Assembly: GCA_963662285.2 (NCBI GenBank)
Contig: CAXXMV010000002.1
Span: 1,568,001 to 1,632,000, forward strand
Direction of reading: 5' to 3'
Length of the DNA stretch: 64,000 nucleotides
DNA from: a bacterium
GTDB lineage: Bacteria; Hinthialibacterota; Hinthialibacteria; Hinthialibacterales; Hinthialibacteraceae
In this document: positions 21,201 to 28,992 of the stretch, in pieces
Layout of the letters: every line of letters starts with the position of its first letter
Numbering within the stretch: the stretch's first letter is position 1
Notes under the pieces: generated by a model
Told to the model about the DNA's origin: nothing
Seen by the model: only the letters and a program-made list of their open reading frames with translations
Database searches by the model: none
Translations under genes and position numbers: made by a program

Positions 21201-22589
21201 AGTGAGTATGGGATCATCTGAAGATAAAGACATAATCCATGTATCATCATGCCATATTCCACTATCATCTGCGCCACCATATAGAATCAGCTGATCATTA
21301 GCAGAATCATAGACCATTGGTGCATAATATCTTTCAGGTCCATTGTCTGTCAGCAATTCCCATTGTGTTCCATCCCATACCCACGTTTCAGATTTCATAT
21401 CAAAGTTCGGATAATTACTTGCGCCTCCATAAAGTATTATCCTATCTTTGTGACTATCATATGCCATTGAGGGAGCATAAAGATCGCCAGGAGTTTCATC
21501 GGGTATCAAATTCCAATTATTTCCATCCCACAGCCAAGTACTTTCTACATAAGAAGAATCCATTCCACCATATAAAACAGTGTTATTATTAATCATATCA
21601 TAAGACATGCCGAAAACGCTTCGGGCGGATGGCCCCGTATTGGTTGGATTATACCACTGTGCGCCATCCCATTCCCACGTATCACCTAAACGTCCAACAG
21701 CATTGCCGCCACCGAAAAGAACAATCTTTTCTCTTACTGGATCGTGAGTAATTTGGAAAAAGGTACGAGGTGTTGGTTTAATTCCGACAGGGGTAAGATC
21801 GATCCAATTATAACCATTCCATATCCATAAATCATTCAAATAATTTTGATTTGGATAAGTCCCGCCGAACATAACTACTTGATTTCCTGTCGAATCGTAG
21901 GTCATCCCTTGACCATATCGTATATGTGGAATTGTAGATGGAAATAATTGTTCCCATTGAGCTCCATTCCATTGCCATGTGTTTTGCATTGCATTTCCAT
22001 TAGAAATGGAAGCCCCTCCAAAGAGAATAACTTCTTCGCTTGACTCATCATATGACATATTAGCCCAGCGAACACCTGGGCCAGTTGTTGATACTAACTG
22101 CCACACATAGTGGGGTTGAACTGTGATGCTGGCGCCGGTGATGGATGATGGAGTGATATCGTTGCCATTCGTATCCGCCAAATCTATTATTTCCAGAGTT
22201 ATATCCGTTTGGCCAATCGAGAGGGCGGTCAAATTGATCGTGGCCACGTTTATGATTCCTGTTGGAGCCGACATGCTTCCGGTGTTGACATCCAGAAAGA
22301 TCGCTTCACCTGGCGTGGTTAGATTGACCTGGTTGGGCGCGCCGAATTCGGTCGCCGTACCAGCGGTGATGGAATCGACTGTGAGAATGCTATCATCCCA
22401 TGTCAACCGCGCACGATAATTCCCCAGTGCGCTTGCGCCAACATCGAAGACTAGCGAAACATCACCAGATGCGCCATTCACCAGGCTTAGCGAGCCGGGA
22501 GTAAGGCTTCCGGTTGCGGCATAGGTTGTTATTGATAAACCAATAACCAACGAAAATATCAAGGAAAATATACGAGATGCTGTATTCAT
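19434..22589 (-). CDS. Array gene 5: secreted extra N-terminal cohesin + Kelch-repeat propeller + constant body
   Basis: N-terminal 'LGNYRARLTWDDSILTVDSITAG' cohesin-like domain; six 'MxYD...VxLFGG...DTWxWDG' Kelch-like repeats; shared C-terminus. Confidence 0.9.
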   Translation of the reverse strand: MNTASRIFSLIFSLVIGLSITTYAATGSLTPGSLSLVNGASGDVSLVFDVGASALGNYRARLTWDDSILTVDSITAGTATEFGAPNQVNLTTPGEAIFLDVNTGSMSAPTGIINVATINLTALSIGQTDITLEIIDLADTNGNDITPSSITGASITVQPHYVWQLVSTTGPGVRWANMSYDESSEEVILFGGASISNGNAMQNTWQWNGAQWEQLFPSTIPHIRYGQGMTYDSTGNQVVMFGGTYPNQNYLNDLWIWNGYNWIDLTPVGIKPTPRTFFQITHDPVREKIVLFGGGNAVGRLGDTWEWDGAQWYNPTNTGPSARSVFGMSYDMINNNTVLYGGMDSSYVESTWLWDGNNWNLIPDETPGDLYAPSMAYDSHKDRIILYGGASNYPNFDMKSETWVWDGTQWELLTDNGPERYYAPMVYDSANDQLILYGGADDSGIWHDDTWIMSLSSDDPILTLQPTNLNVHRNQDVEITVNISDASDIVGYRIALDLDPSKVTYVPGSATKVGTSTENGWGPLVVNSASPEIAIFTCASATEALASGPGSLMKFQLHVNETLADFTPISVSFTPLTSLNEDAIAFSTEIWSATVLGPNHQPYFIGGANQVVLEDSGAHEIIGWATNISPGIAYESWQDLNFTLDIDNTSLFFVQPTIDASGTLRYTLASDEYGICNATAVLHDSGGTTNGGIDSSTPFVFSITVDPVNDAPSFIAGATAVVLNATGGQHTFPAWATDISTGPANESSQIVWFDVETSNPELFSASPTIDAGGTLRFTPNLNTHGVFDATATLFDSGGVANGGINYSPAQQFVIKIYIPFMWGDLNDNAQAGSVDASLLLQFNAELIDSFPGYPVLDYPEYYPDPLQPWLNFPIAADVNDDDVAGTLDASLVLQKYALLIDWFPADTDHDQWGPDEPLPAGKVSKRQTARNMNVLFEQQDSSWIVTFQIDNADDVQGLRVDLSYNPEQLQFNGAASGWLVPSGLLAVNDSEPGRLILSGALGTPLQQGQSNLMSVKFDLAGAQTEPLLIQVNEQQTQVNDGQIRINLNYPE

Positions 22590-22648
22590 TTTTATAATCC
22601 TTTCAGAAATATAATTATTCTAAACAGGTTCAAGAATTAAAAAACAAT

Positions 22649-22813
22649 TTATGATAAAGTCGATCTTAATCCGACTAAATATTGTCCAAGGATCATGGCG
22701 TCGGTTGTGTCGATATCACCATCGCTGTCAATATCACCTCTTTCTTGCGCATGAGTGAGAGAGGGGATTAAGATAAGCGCCAGTAACATACATAAAACGA
22801 TACGTGTCTTCAT
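22649..22813 (-). CDS. 54-aa secreted peptide: signal peptide + single dockerin-like Ca-binding repeat (paralogue of the N-terminus of 22961-23875)
   Basis: Hand translation MKTRIVLCMLLALILIPSLTHA-QERGDIDSDGDIDTTDAMILGQYLVGLRSTLS*; SD GGAAGGAGGA 7 nt upstream. Could be a truncated duplicate. Confidence 0.7.
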   Translation of the reverse strand: MKTRIVLCMLLALILIPSLTHAQERGDIDSDGDIDTTDAMILGQYLVGLRSTLS

Positions 22814-22960
22814 GGGATAATCCTCCTTCCATGATTGAGGATGTTTTCAATCTTCTAACCACCTGTATGTCTATATTTTTTCGTATTAAGTTCTTGTTCA
22901 GTTTTCAATTCCATTGGTTTATTGCACAAAATCATTGCCATGTGTCTAAGAGAATAAGCG

Positions 22961-23875
22961 TCAAGGATGCAACCTCAGGAGCCGGATTCCAAACTGGGTG
23001 TCGTGGTAGAGGGGCGTGATTTGGTAGCGATAAGCCGACTGTAAGGCTCCCCCGGCACCGGTGGAGGTCCAGCAGCCACCGCGAGCGACACGGTTCGAGC
23101 CTGATGAAGAACCTTGAGGATCAGTTTGATTACTAGACGTATAACTTTCATACCAGTTCTGGCACCACTCAAAAACATTGCCGCTCATGTCAAATAAGCC
23201 CCATGGATTGGGCAATTTTAGTCCTACTGGTTGAGTTCCATGTTCTTCTGCGTGGGGTAATGTCCAATTAGGAGAACGTGCATTATTCTGATACCAGCAG
23301 TATTGTTTTATGATGTCTTCCGCGTCGCTGTAACCCCAATAATGGATATCTGTAGTCCCCGCACGGCAGGCGTACTCCCATTCCGCCTCCGTTGGTAAGC
23401 GAAATGTACCTAACCCCAGTTGGTTTAGATTAGTAATAAACACTTGGCTATCATCCCAAGATACTGTTTCAACTGGGTTGTTCGGATTTCCGCTGAAACC
23501 GGAAGGATTACTGCCCATTACGGCTTGCCACTGCGCCTGGGTAACTTCGTATTTTCCTAAGTAAAAATTCTGCGTAAGAGTGACTTGATGCTGTGGCCCA
23601 TATGTTGGCGATCCCATAATGAACGTCCCCGCAGGAATCAGTGTCATTTCTAGCGCTATCGCTTCAACTGGGAGGTTTGGAATATTGATTACGATTGTCT
23701 CGAGAGCAGGAGCAGACAATGAATCTCGAAGCCCTACCAAATATTGTTCGAGTATCATGGCGTCGGTGGTGTCGATATCACCGTCTCCGTCAATATCTCC
23801 GTTGACTTGTGCCTGAGTGAGAGAGGGAATTAAGATAAGCGCCAGTAATATACATAAAACGATACGAATCTTCAT
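22961..23875 (-). CDS. Secreted dockerin-repeat + FGE-sulfatase (SUMF1) domain protein
   Basis: Signal peptide, 'GDIDGDGDIDTTDAMILEQYLVG', then 'MTLIPAGTFIMGS', 'RLPTEAEWEYACRAG', 'PNPWGLFDMSGNVFEWC', 'RGGCW...GIRL'. Start ATG 23875 after AGAGGA. Confidence 0.9.
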   Translation of the reverse strand: MKIRIVLCILLALILIPSLTQAQVNGDIDGDGDIDTTDAMILEQYLVGLRDSLSAPALETIVINIPNLPVEAIALEMTLIPAGTFIMGSPTYGPQHQVTLTQNFYLGKYEVTQAQWQAVMGSNPSGFSGNPNNPVETVSWDDSQVFITNLNQLGLGTFRLPTEAEWEYACRAGTTDIHYWGYSDAEDIIKQYCWYQNNARSPNWTLPHAEEHGTQPVGLKLPNPWGLFDMSGNVFEWCQNWYESYTSSNQTDPQGSSSGSNRVARGGCWTSTGAGGALQSAYRYQITPLYHDTQFGIRLLRLHP

Positions 23876-23931
23876 AATAAAATCCTCTTTAAATAAGTTT
23901 GCATGTCTAATGGACATAATTGTGTTTAACT

Positions 23932-26900
23932 TTAATGGATCATCCACTCACGAACATCCGTCGGGCTGCTTACATCAATAACTTGTATGCTAACAGATGT
24001 AAGTTGAATCTGACCATCATTAATTTGCGTCATTTCCTCATCGATGTTGATCAGAATTGATCCTACCGCATTTTCCTTTCTGTCGAATTTGACCAGGATC
24101 AAATCACTCGCGCCTTCACCCAGGGGCGCCATCAAGGCGCCTGCTATTATGAAGCGGCCTGGTTCGAGGTTATTGGTGACTATCATGCCGTTGGGGATCA
24201 GCCATTGGGTTTCTGGTTCGTCTACGTTTACTTGGGATGGATCGTAGCGCAGGACGAGACGGACTCCGCTGAGTTGATCTGCATTGTCAATTTTGAAATT
24301 GATAAAATATGAATCGCCGACCGTATCTACTGAAACGCTCATGGTTCTCGCAACGCTGCGCATACCGACTTTGCCCGCTGGCAGTGGAGCATCCGGCCCC
24401 CAATCGTCGTGATCGGTATCTGCGGGGAACCAATCAATCAACAGAGCGTATTGCTGCATGATCAGTGAGGCGTCTACGGTTCCGGCAATATCATCGTTAT
24501 TTACATCAGCTGCGGCGGGGAAATTGAGCCACGGGTGGATCGGGTCTGGATAGTATTCGGGATACTGCGCAACCGGATAACCGGGGAAAGCATCGACCAA
24601 TTCAGCGTCGAATTGCAGCAGCAGCGATGCATCAACCGAACCGGCCTGCGCGTTGTCATTCAAGTCGCCCCACATAAACGGGATGTAGATTTTGGTTACG
24701 TAATACTGAGGCGCGGAGGTTTCAACTCCTCCATTAGCGGTTCCGCCTCCGTCATTCATCACCACTGTTGCGCTGACGACGCCATGCGCTCCAACGTATG
24801 GCGTGAACTGTAATGCGCCTGACGCGTCTATGGTCGGCGTAGCGGAGAATATTTCGGCTTGTTCCGTCTGAACTATGAAAGAGGGAACCTGGCTAGATTC
24901 GTTGGGCGGCCCAACATTGATTCCCGTAATCCAGTTATACAATGTATGCTGACCGCCAGTGGCGTTGAGCACAACCGGCGTCGCTCCAACGATGAATGAA
25001 GGCTGGTCGTTGACCGGCAAAATTTCTATGGTGAAATGATATGGCGTTGACTGGTCGATTCCACCATAGGCCGTCCCGCCGTCGTCATGCAGAATGGCGG
25101 TAGCATCGCAGACGCCAAACGCATTTGCAGAGGGAGTATAATACAATGCGCCCGATATCGGATCGATCCAGGGAGATTCTGAGAATAAACCGGGATTGCT
25201 GTTATCGACGGTGAAATAGACCGATTGTCCTGATTCACTTGATGGCCCCGGCTCGATATTGGTAGCCCAATTAGCATGATTTATTTGCGGAGAATCTTCC
25301 AGCGCGATCTGATTAGGGCCGCCGTCAAAGGTTGGCGGTTGGTTTGGTCCGAGAACAGTTGCATTCCAGATATCCGCCTTAAAAGCCATGGCGTCTTCGT
25401 TGAGGCTGGTCAGGGGATTAAATGAAATAGTGATATTTTCGAGAGATGTAAAACTATCTTCTACATGAACCTGAAATTTCATAAGCGTTGCAGAATCACT
25501 GGAAATTGCTCCGCTGGCGCTGGCGCATGCAAAAATGGCAAGCGCCGGATTGGAGTCATTAACAAATATGGGGCCCCAGCCCGTTTCAGTTGATGTACCA
25601 ACCTTGGTCGCCGAACCGGGGACGTAAGTCACCTTGTTTGGATCAAGGTCCAGGGCGACGCGGTAGCCCACGGTAGAAGAGATATTGTTGGTTAACCGTA
25701 TGGTCAACTCTATGTTCTGATCAGGATTGACGGTAATGTCATCTGGTTCCAACGATAATTCGGGAATTGTAAAAGCATAGACCGAACCTGCATCAACGAC
25801 TCCATCAACATTATCAAGGCGGGCGCTAACCAGCGCGATGCCTCCAGAGAGTGTAACCACTCCAAACAAGTCGTTAGTTCCAAGATCATCGGGTTCCAGA
25901 ATAAGATTCGGGTAATGGATGCTTTGACTTTCCCAACCTGAATCCGGTTTTCTAAAAAGATACGCTATACCCTTTGAAGCATAGGTCGGGGCGCCGATAA
26001 GGACTGCATTATCATCAATTGAATTTGAATACCCGAACTTACCTCCAACAGCGCTGGACGGGTCTTTTTGTAATTGAGCGGTCTCCGTCATATCCGTCCA
26101 GCCGCTTGCGGGCTTCTCAAAAAGATATGTCGTGTTTTCATCAACAGAGGAATCACTGGCCGCTGATACGATGACAGTATTATTATCAATTGCAACATCG
26201 TAGCCGAACTGATCACCGGTTATGCCATCAGAAGCCGTTAAGGTCGCATCGGGGAACAAGGTTCCAGACCACCCGCCGCCTGGTTTAACAAATATATATG
26301 ACTTGCCATTGCCCGAATCATCAACTTGAGGAGAACCAATGACGACTGTATCTCCTGATATATCTACTTCCCAACCAAATTCATCTTTAGATTGCAGACC
26401 AATGACTGATAACGACGCATTCTCAGTAAGCGTTCCAGACCATCCCGTTATAGGTTTTTGGAATATATAAGCGCCCCCGGCGTCACTATTTTCCCCATAG
26501 GCGCCAATAACAACTGTGTCGCCAGACATCGATACTGATTTCCCAAAATCATCATTTCCGGGAAAAGTTGATAACAAGGTTGCATCTGCTATCAAGGTTC
26601 CAGACCAACCGCCCGAAGGTTTAGTAAAGATATATGCATATCCCTTGTAATTAACCGTATTCTTTTTATATGGAACTCCAACGCAAATCACATCACTGGA
26701 AATGGCGACGGCGCGTCCAAATTGGTCATTCGTAACAGGAGAGGGATTAATCAGGGTTGCGGATTTTATCCAATCGCCATTGCTCCGGGTATACACATAC
26801 GCTATTCCGGCATTTATTATGGTATTGAAATCCTTGAGAGGTTCACCGATTACCGCGATATCGCCTTCAATTGACAACTCATGACCGAACCGGGCGTTGG

Positions 26901-27042
26901 TCTCAGGAGGATCGGAAAGAATCTTTAAATCGGGCGCTATTATTTCCGCATCACAATATGCTGACAATGAAAAACTCAAAACCATTGTAAGGCATATAAT
27001 TGAAATTCTCATAAATTCATATTTTTCGATCTTTGAGATCAT
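23932..27042 (-). CDS. Array gene 6 (first transcribed): secreted 7x FG-GAP (integrin-alpha-like) propeller + diverged constant body + C-terminal TDVREWMIH tail
   Basis: Seven 'FGxxVxIxGDxxVIG' repeats; body homologous to, but more diverged than, copies 1-5; extra C-terminal extension. Start 27042 or 27060. Confidence 0.88.
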   Translation of the reverse strand: MISKIEKYEFMRISIICLTMVLSFSLSAYCDAEIIAPDLKILSDPPETNARFGHELSIEGDIAVIGEPLKDFNTIINAGIAYVYTRSNGDWIKSATLINPSPVTNDQFGRAVAISSDVICVGVPYKKNTVNYKGYAYIFTKPSGGWSGTLIADATLLSTFPGNDDFGKSVSMSGDTVVIGAYGENSDAGGAYIFQKPITGWSGTLTENASLSVIGLQSKDEFGWEVDISGDTVVIGSPQVDDSGNGKSYIFVKPGGGWSGTLFPDATLTASDGITGDQFGYDVAIDNNTVIVSAASDSSVDENTTYLFEKPASGWTDMTETAQLQKDPSSAVGGKFGYSNSIDDNAVLIGAPTYASKGIAYLFRKPDSGWESQSIHYPNLILEPDDLGTNDLFGVVTLSGGIALVSARLDNVDGVVDAGSVYAFTIPELSLEPDDITVNPDQNIELTIRLTNNISSTVGYRVALDLDPNKVTYVPGSATKVGTSTETGWGPIFVNDSNPALAIFACASASGAISSDSATLMKFQVHVEDSFTSLENITISFNPLTSLNEDAMAFKADIWNATVLGPNQPPTFDGGPNQIALEDSPQINHANWATNIEPGPSSESGQSVYFTVDNSNPGLFSESPWIDPISGALYYTPSANAFGVCDATAILHDDGGTAYGGIDQSTPYHFTIEILPVNDQPSFIVGATPVVLNATGGQHTLYNWITGINVGPPNESSQVPSFIVQTEQAEIFSATPTIDASGALQFTPYVGAHGVVSATVVMNDGGGTANGGVETSAPQYYVTKIYIPFMWGDLNDNAQAGSVDASLLLQFDAELVDAFPGYPVAQYPEYYPDPIHPWLNFPAAADVNNDDIAGTVDASLIMQQYALLIDWFPADTDHDDWGPDAPLPAGKVGMRSVARTMSVSVDTVGDSYFINFKIDNADQLSGVRLVLRYDPSQVNVDEPETQWLIPNGMIVTNNLEPGRFIIAGALMAPLGEGASDLILVKFDRKENAVGSILINIDEEMTQINDGQIQLTSVSIQVIDVSSPTDVREWMIH

Positions 27043-27427
27043 GATAATTATCCCTTTCATATTTCCGGTTCATGGCTGGATCGTAAACATGGATATCTAT
27101 AAAAAAATGATAAATTCGATGCTTACGAACCAATGCGATATTGTTCTGATTTTTTAATAATTATGGGTATAACAAAATAAGTAAAATAGGAAACAGAGGA
27201 GAATATTTGGTGAAAGCCAGCCCCATTTTATTAAGTAATGGTTAATACAGAGATCTAATTTAACGCCTAAACGTATCAATCGCAAAAATAATACTAGATT
27301 AATAGAACGAAATAGTGCAAAATTATACAAAAACGTAAAGAATACAGAATCACTAATAATATATATTTTATAATATAAGTAAATATTTTAGTCAAGAGCA
27401 ATTATATAAATTAACTATAATTTAATC

Positions 27428-27455
27428 TTTAGTATTTAGTATTTAGTATTTAGTA
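27428..27455. repeat. Heptamer tandem repeat (TTTAGTA)x4 in the AT-rich divergent promoter region
   Basis: Four perfect copies read directly. Confidence 0.9.
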
Positions 27456-27631
27456 TGTATAAGGTTGTAAAGTTAGATTATTATTAATAGAAGTGTTCTG
27501 ATTTTCGGAGCAAACGCACCAAGAAGTAAACTTTGGTCTAAGATTTGGATTTGTATTAGAACGCCTTCCGGAATCATATTCATTATCAATATCATATATT
27601 CTCGCCCTCTCTCACCTTATCATAAATATGC

Positions 27632-27730
27632 CAACAATTGTGTTGCCAACAAAATTGTTGCAGAAATATATTGACAAACTCGATACACCGATGTATTATA
27701 CCAACATAATTGTTGCCAACAGATTTGTTG
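27632..27730 (+). promoter_or_regulatory. Sigma70-type promoter flanked by four CAACA-N4-TGTTG operator palindromes
   Basis: TTGACA 27671-27676, 17-bp spacer, TATTAT 27694-27699; palindromes at 27632-45, 27647-60, 27702-15, 27717-30. Confidence 0.8.
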
Positions 27731-27742
27731 GAGGTGAATGAA

Positions 27743-28672
27743 ATGAGTACTCAACCAAAGAAACTTAAACAGGCGTGTGGAAATTGGGTAACTGGCGAAC
27801 GATTTTGGGATCGTAAAGAAGATATTGCTTTATTAATGGATCGCATCTCACAAGGCGCTCATCTAAATATGGTTGCTCAACGCCGCATGGGCAAGACCAG
27901 CCTGATGAAAGAAGTCGCTGAACGCTTTAAGGATCATTATATCTGTCTCTTTGTTGATTTCCAGAAATCTAAAGACGCCCCCGACGCGATTGCTGAACTG
28001 AGCCTTGCTCTCCAACCATATACGCCTCTATTCAACAGAATTAAGAAGATTTTCTCTAATGTATTCAATCATGTCGAAAAAATCGGGTATGGGGATATTG
28101 GAATTACCCTTCGCTCTGGATTAACCGCAGGAACCTGGCCAGATAAGGGAGATAAACTCTTCAATATACTGGCCGCTGCCGAGAAACCTGTCCTGCTCTT
28201 ACTTGATGAAGTACCCATATTGGTAAATCGAATGCTCAAAGATGACGATTCCAAAATTACCCCGGAACGGAGAGCGCAGACGGACGAGTTTATGTCGTGG
28301 TTGCGCCACAACAGCATTACCCATAAAGAGAAAGTACGCATTGTACTCTCTGGCAGCATAGGTTTTGAGCCGGTTCTGAATCAAGCCAACCTAAGCGCTA
28401 CGATCAATAATTTCGTTCCTTTCGAATTAAAACCTTGGCCGAACGAATCGGCCATCGCTTGTATCGAAGCTTTGGCGAATGAGAGCGGCGTGATATTTGA
28501 GGATGGCGCACCTGCCGAAATGGTGAAGAAACTAGGTTGTTGCATTCCTCATCATGTTCAGATGTTTTTCTCCCGCGTATATGACCGTTGCAAGCGGCGA
28601 AATAAGATGCACGTCTTAAAAAAGAGATCAGGGACATTTATAAAAACGAAATGCTTGGTACGCGAGGATTAG
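27743..28672 (+). CDS. P-loop ATPase (STAND/AAA-like), N-terminal part of a frameshifted gene
   Basis: 'FWDRKED', Walker A-like 'AQRRMGKTS', Walker B 'LLLLDE', 'IVLSGS'; SD GGAGGTG before ATG 27743. Confidence 0.8.
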   Translation: MSTQPKKLKQACGNWVTGERFWDRKEDIALLMDRISQGAHLNMVAQRRMGKTSLMKEVAERFKDHYICLFVDFQKSKDAPDAIAELSLALQPYTPLFNRIKKIFSNVFNHVEKIGYGDIGITLRSGLTAGTWPDKGDKLFNILAAAEKPVLLLLDEVPILVNRMLKDDDSKITPERRAQTDEFMSWLRHNSITHKEKVRIVLSGSIGFEPVLNQANLSATINNFVPFELKPWPNESAIACIEALANESGVIFEDGAPAEMVKKLGCCIPHHVQMFFSRVYDRCKRRNKMHVLKKRSGTFIKTKCLVRED

Positions 28673-28989
28673 TAGAATTGACTCACTATGAGGAACGTCT
28701 TAAAAGCGTACTCGACGCGGATCGCTTCACCCTGGCTATATCTATGCTTTCAGAAGCGGCGGTCGTTGGTAAATTAACGCGCGAAGCCTTGGCCGCTCTG
28801 CAAGATGAATTTTCATTTTCCGATAAAAATACAACCGGGATTCAACGGGAAATATTGCAGGTTCTCGAACACGATGGTTATCTTGAACAACGCCCTAGAG
28901 GTTATGTCTATGTTTCCAAGCTGTTGCGTGATTGGTGGAAACAGCGTTATGAGAATTTTTATACTCCAATCCTATCGAAGAAAGCGTAA
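28618..28989 (+). CDS. C-terminal (winged-helix-like) part of the ATPase in the -1 frame
   Basis: Open -1 frame KKEIRDIYKNEMLGTRG...LQVLEHDGYL...YVSKLLRDWW, typical ending of this ATPase type; joins the upstream frame at A_AAA_AAG (28618-28624). Confidence 0.7.
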   Translation, partial: KKEIRDIYKNEMLGTRGLVELTHYEERLKSVLDADRFTLAISMLSEAAVVGKLTREALAALQDEFSFSDKNTTGIQREILQVLEHDGYLEQRPRGYVYVSKLLRDWWKQRYENFYTPILSKKA

Positions 28990-28992
28990 ACC

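Noticed and set aside
22961-23875. Diversity-generating retroelement targeting the FGE (CLec-fold) genes
   Set aside because: No reverse transcriptase and no template repeat differing only at adenines seen in the window; a remote DGR cannot be excluded.
724-27060. Classical cellulosome locus
   Set aside because: No recognisable cellulase/hemicellulase catalytic domains or CBM3, and cohesin and dockerin sit in the same polypeptides.
3032-27060. Integron cassette array or invertase shufflon
   Set aside because: No integrase/recombinase in the window, the hairpins lack evident attC core sites, and all genes are complete with their own signal peptides and in one orientation.
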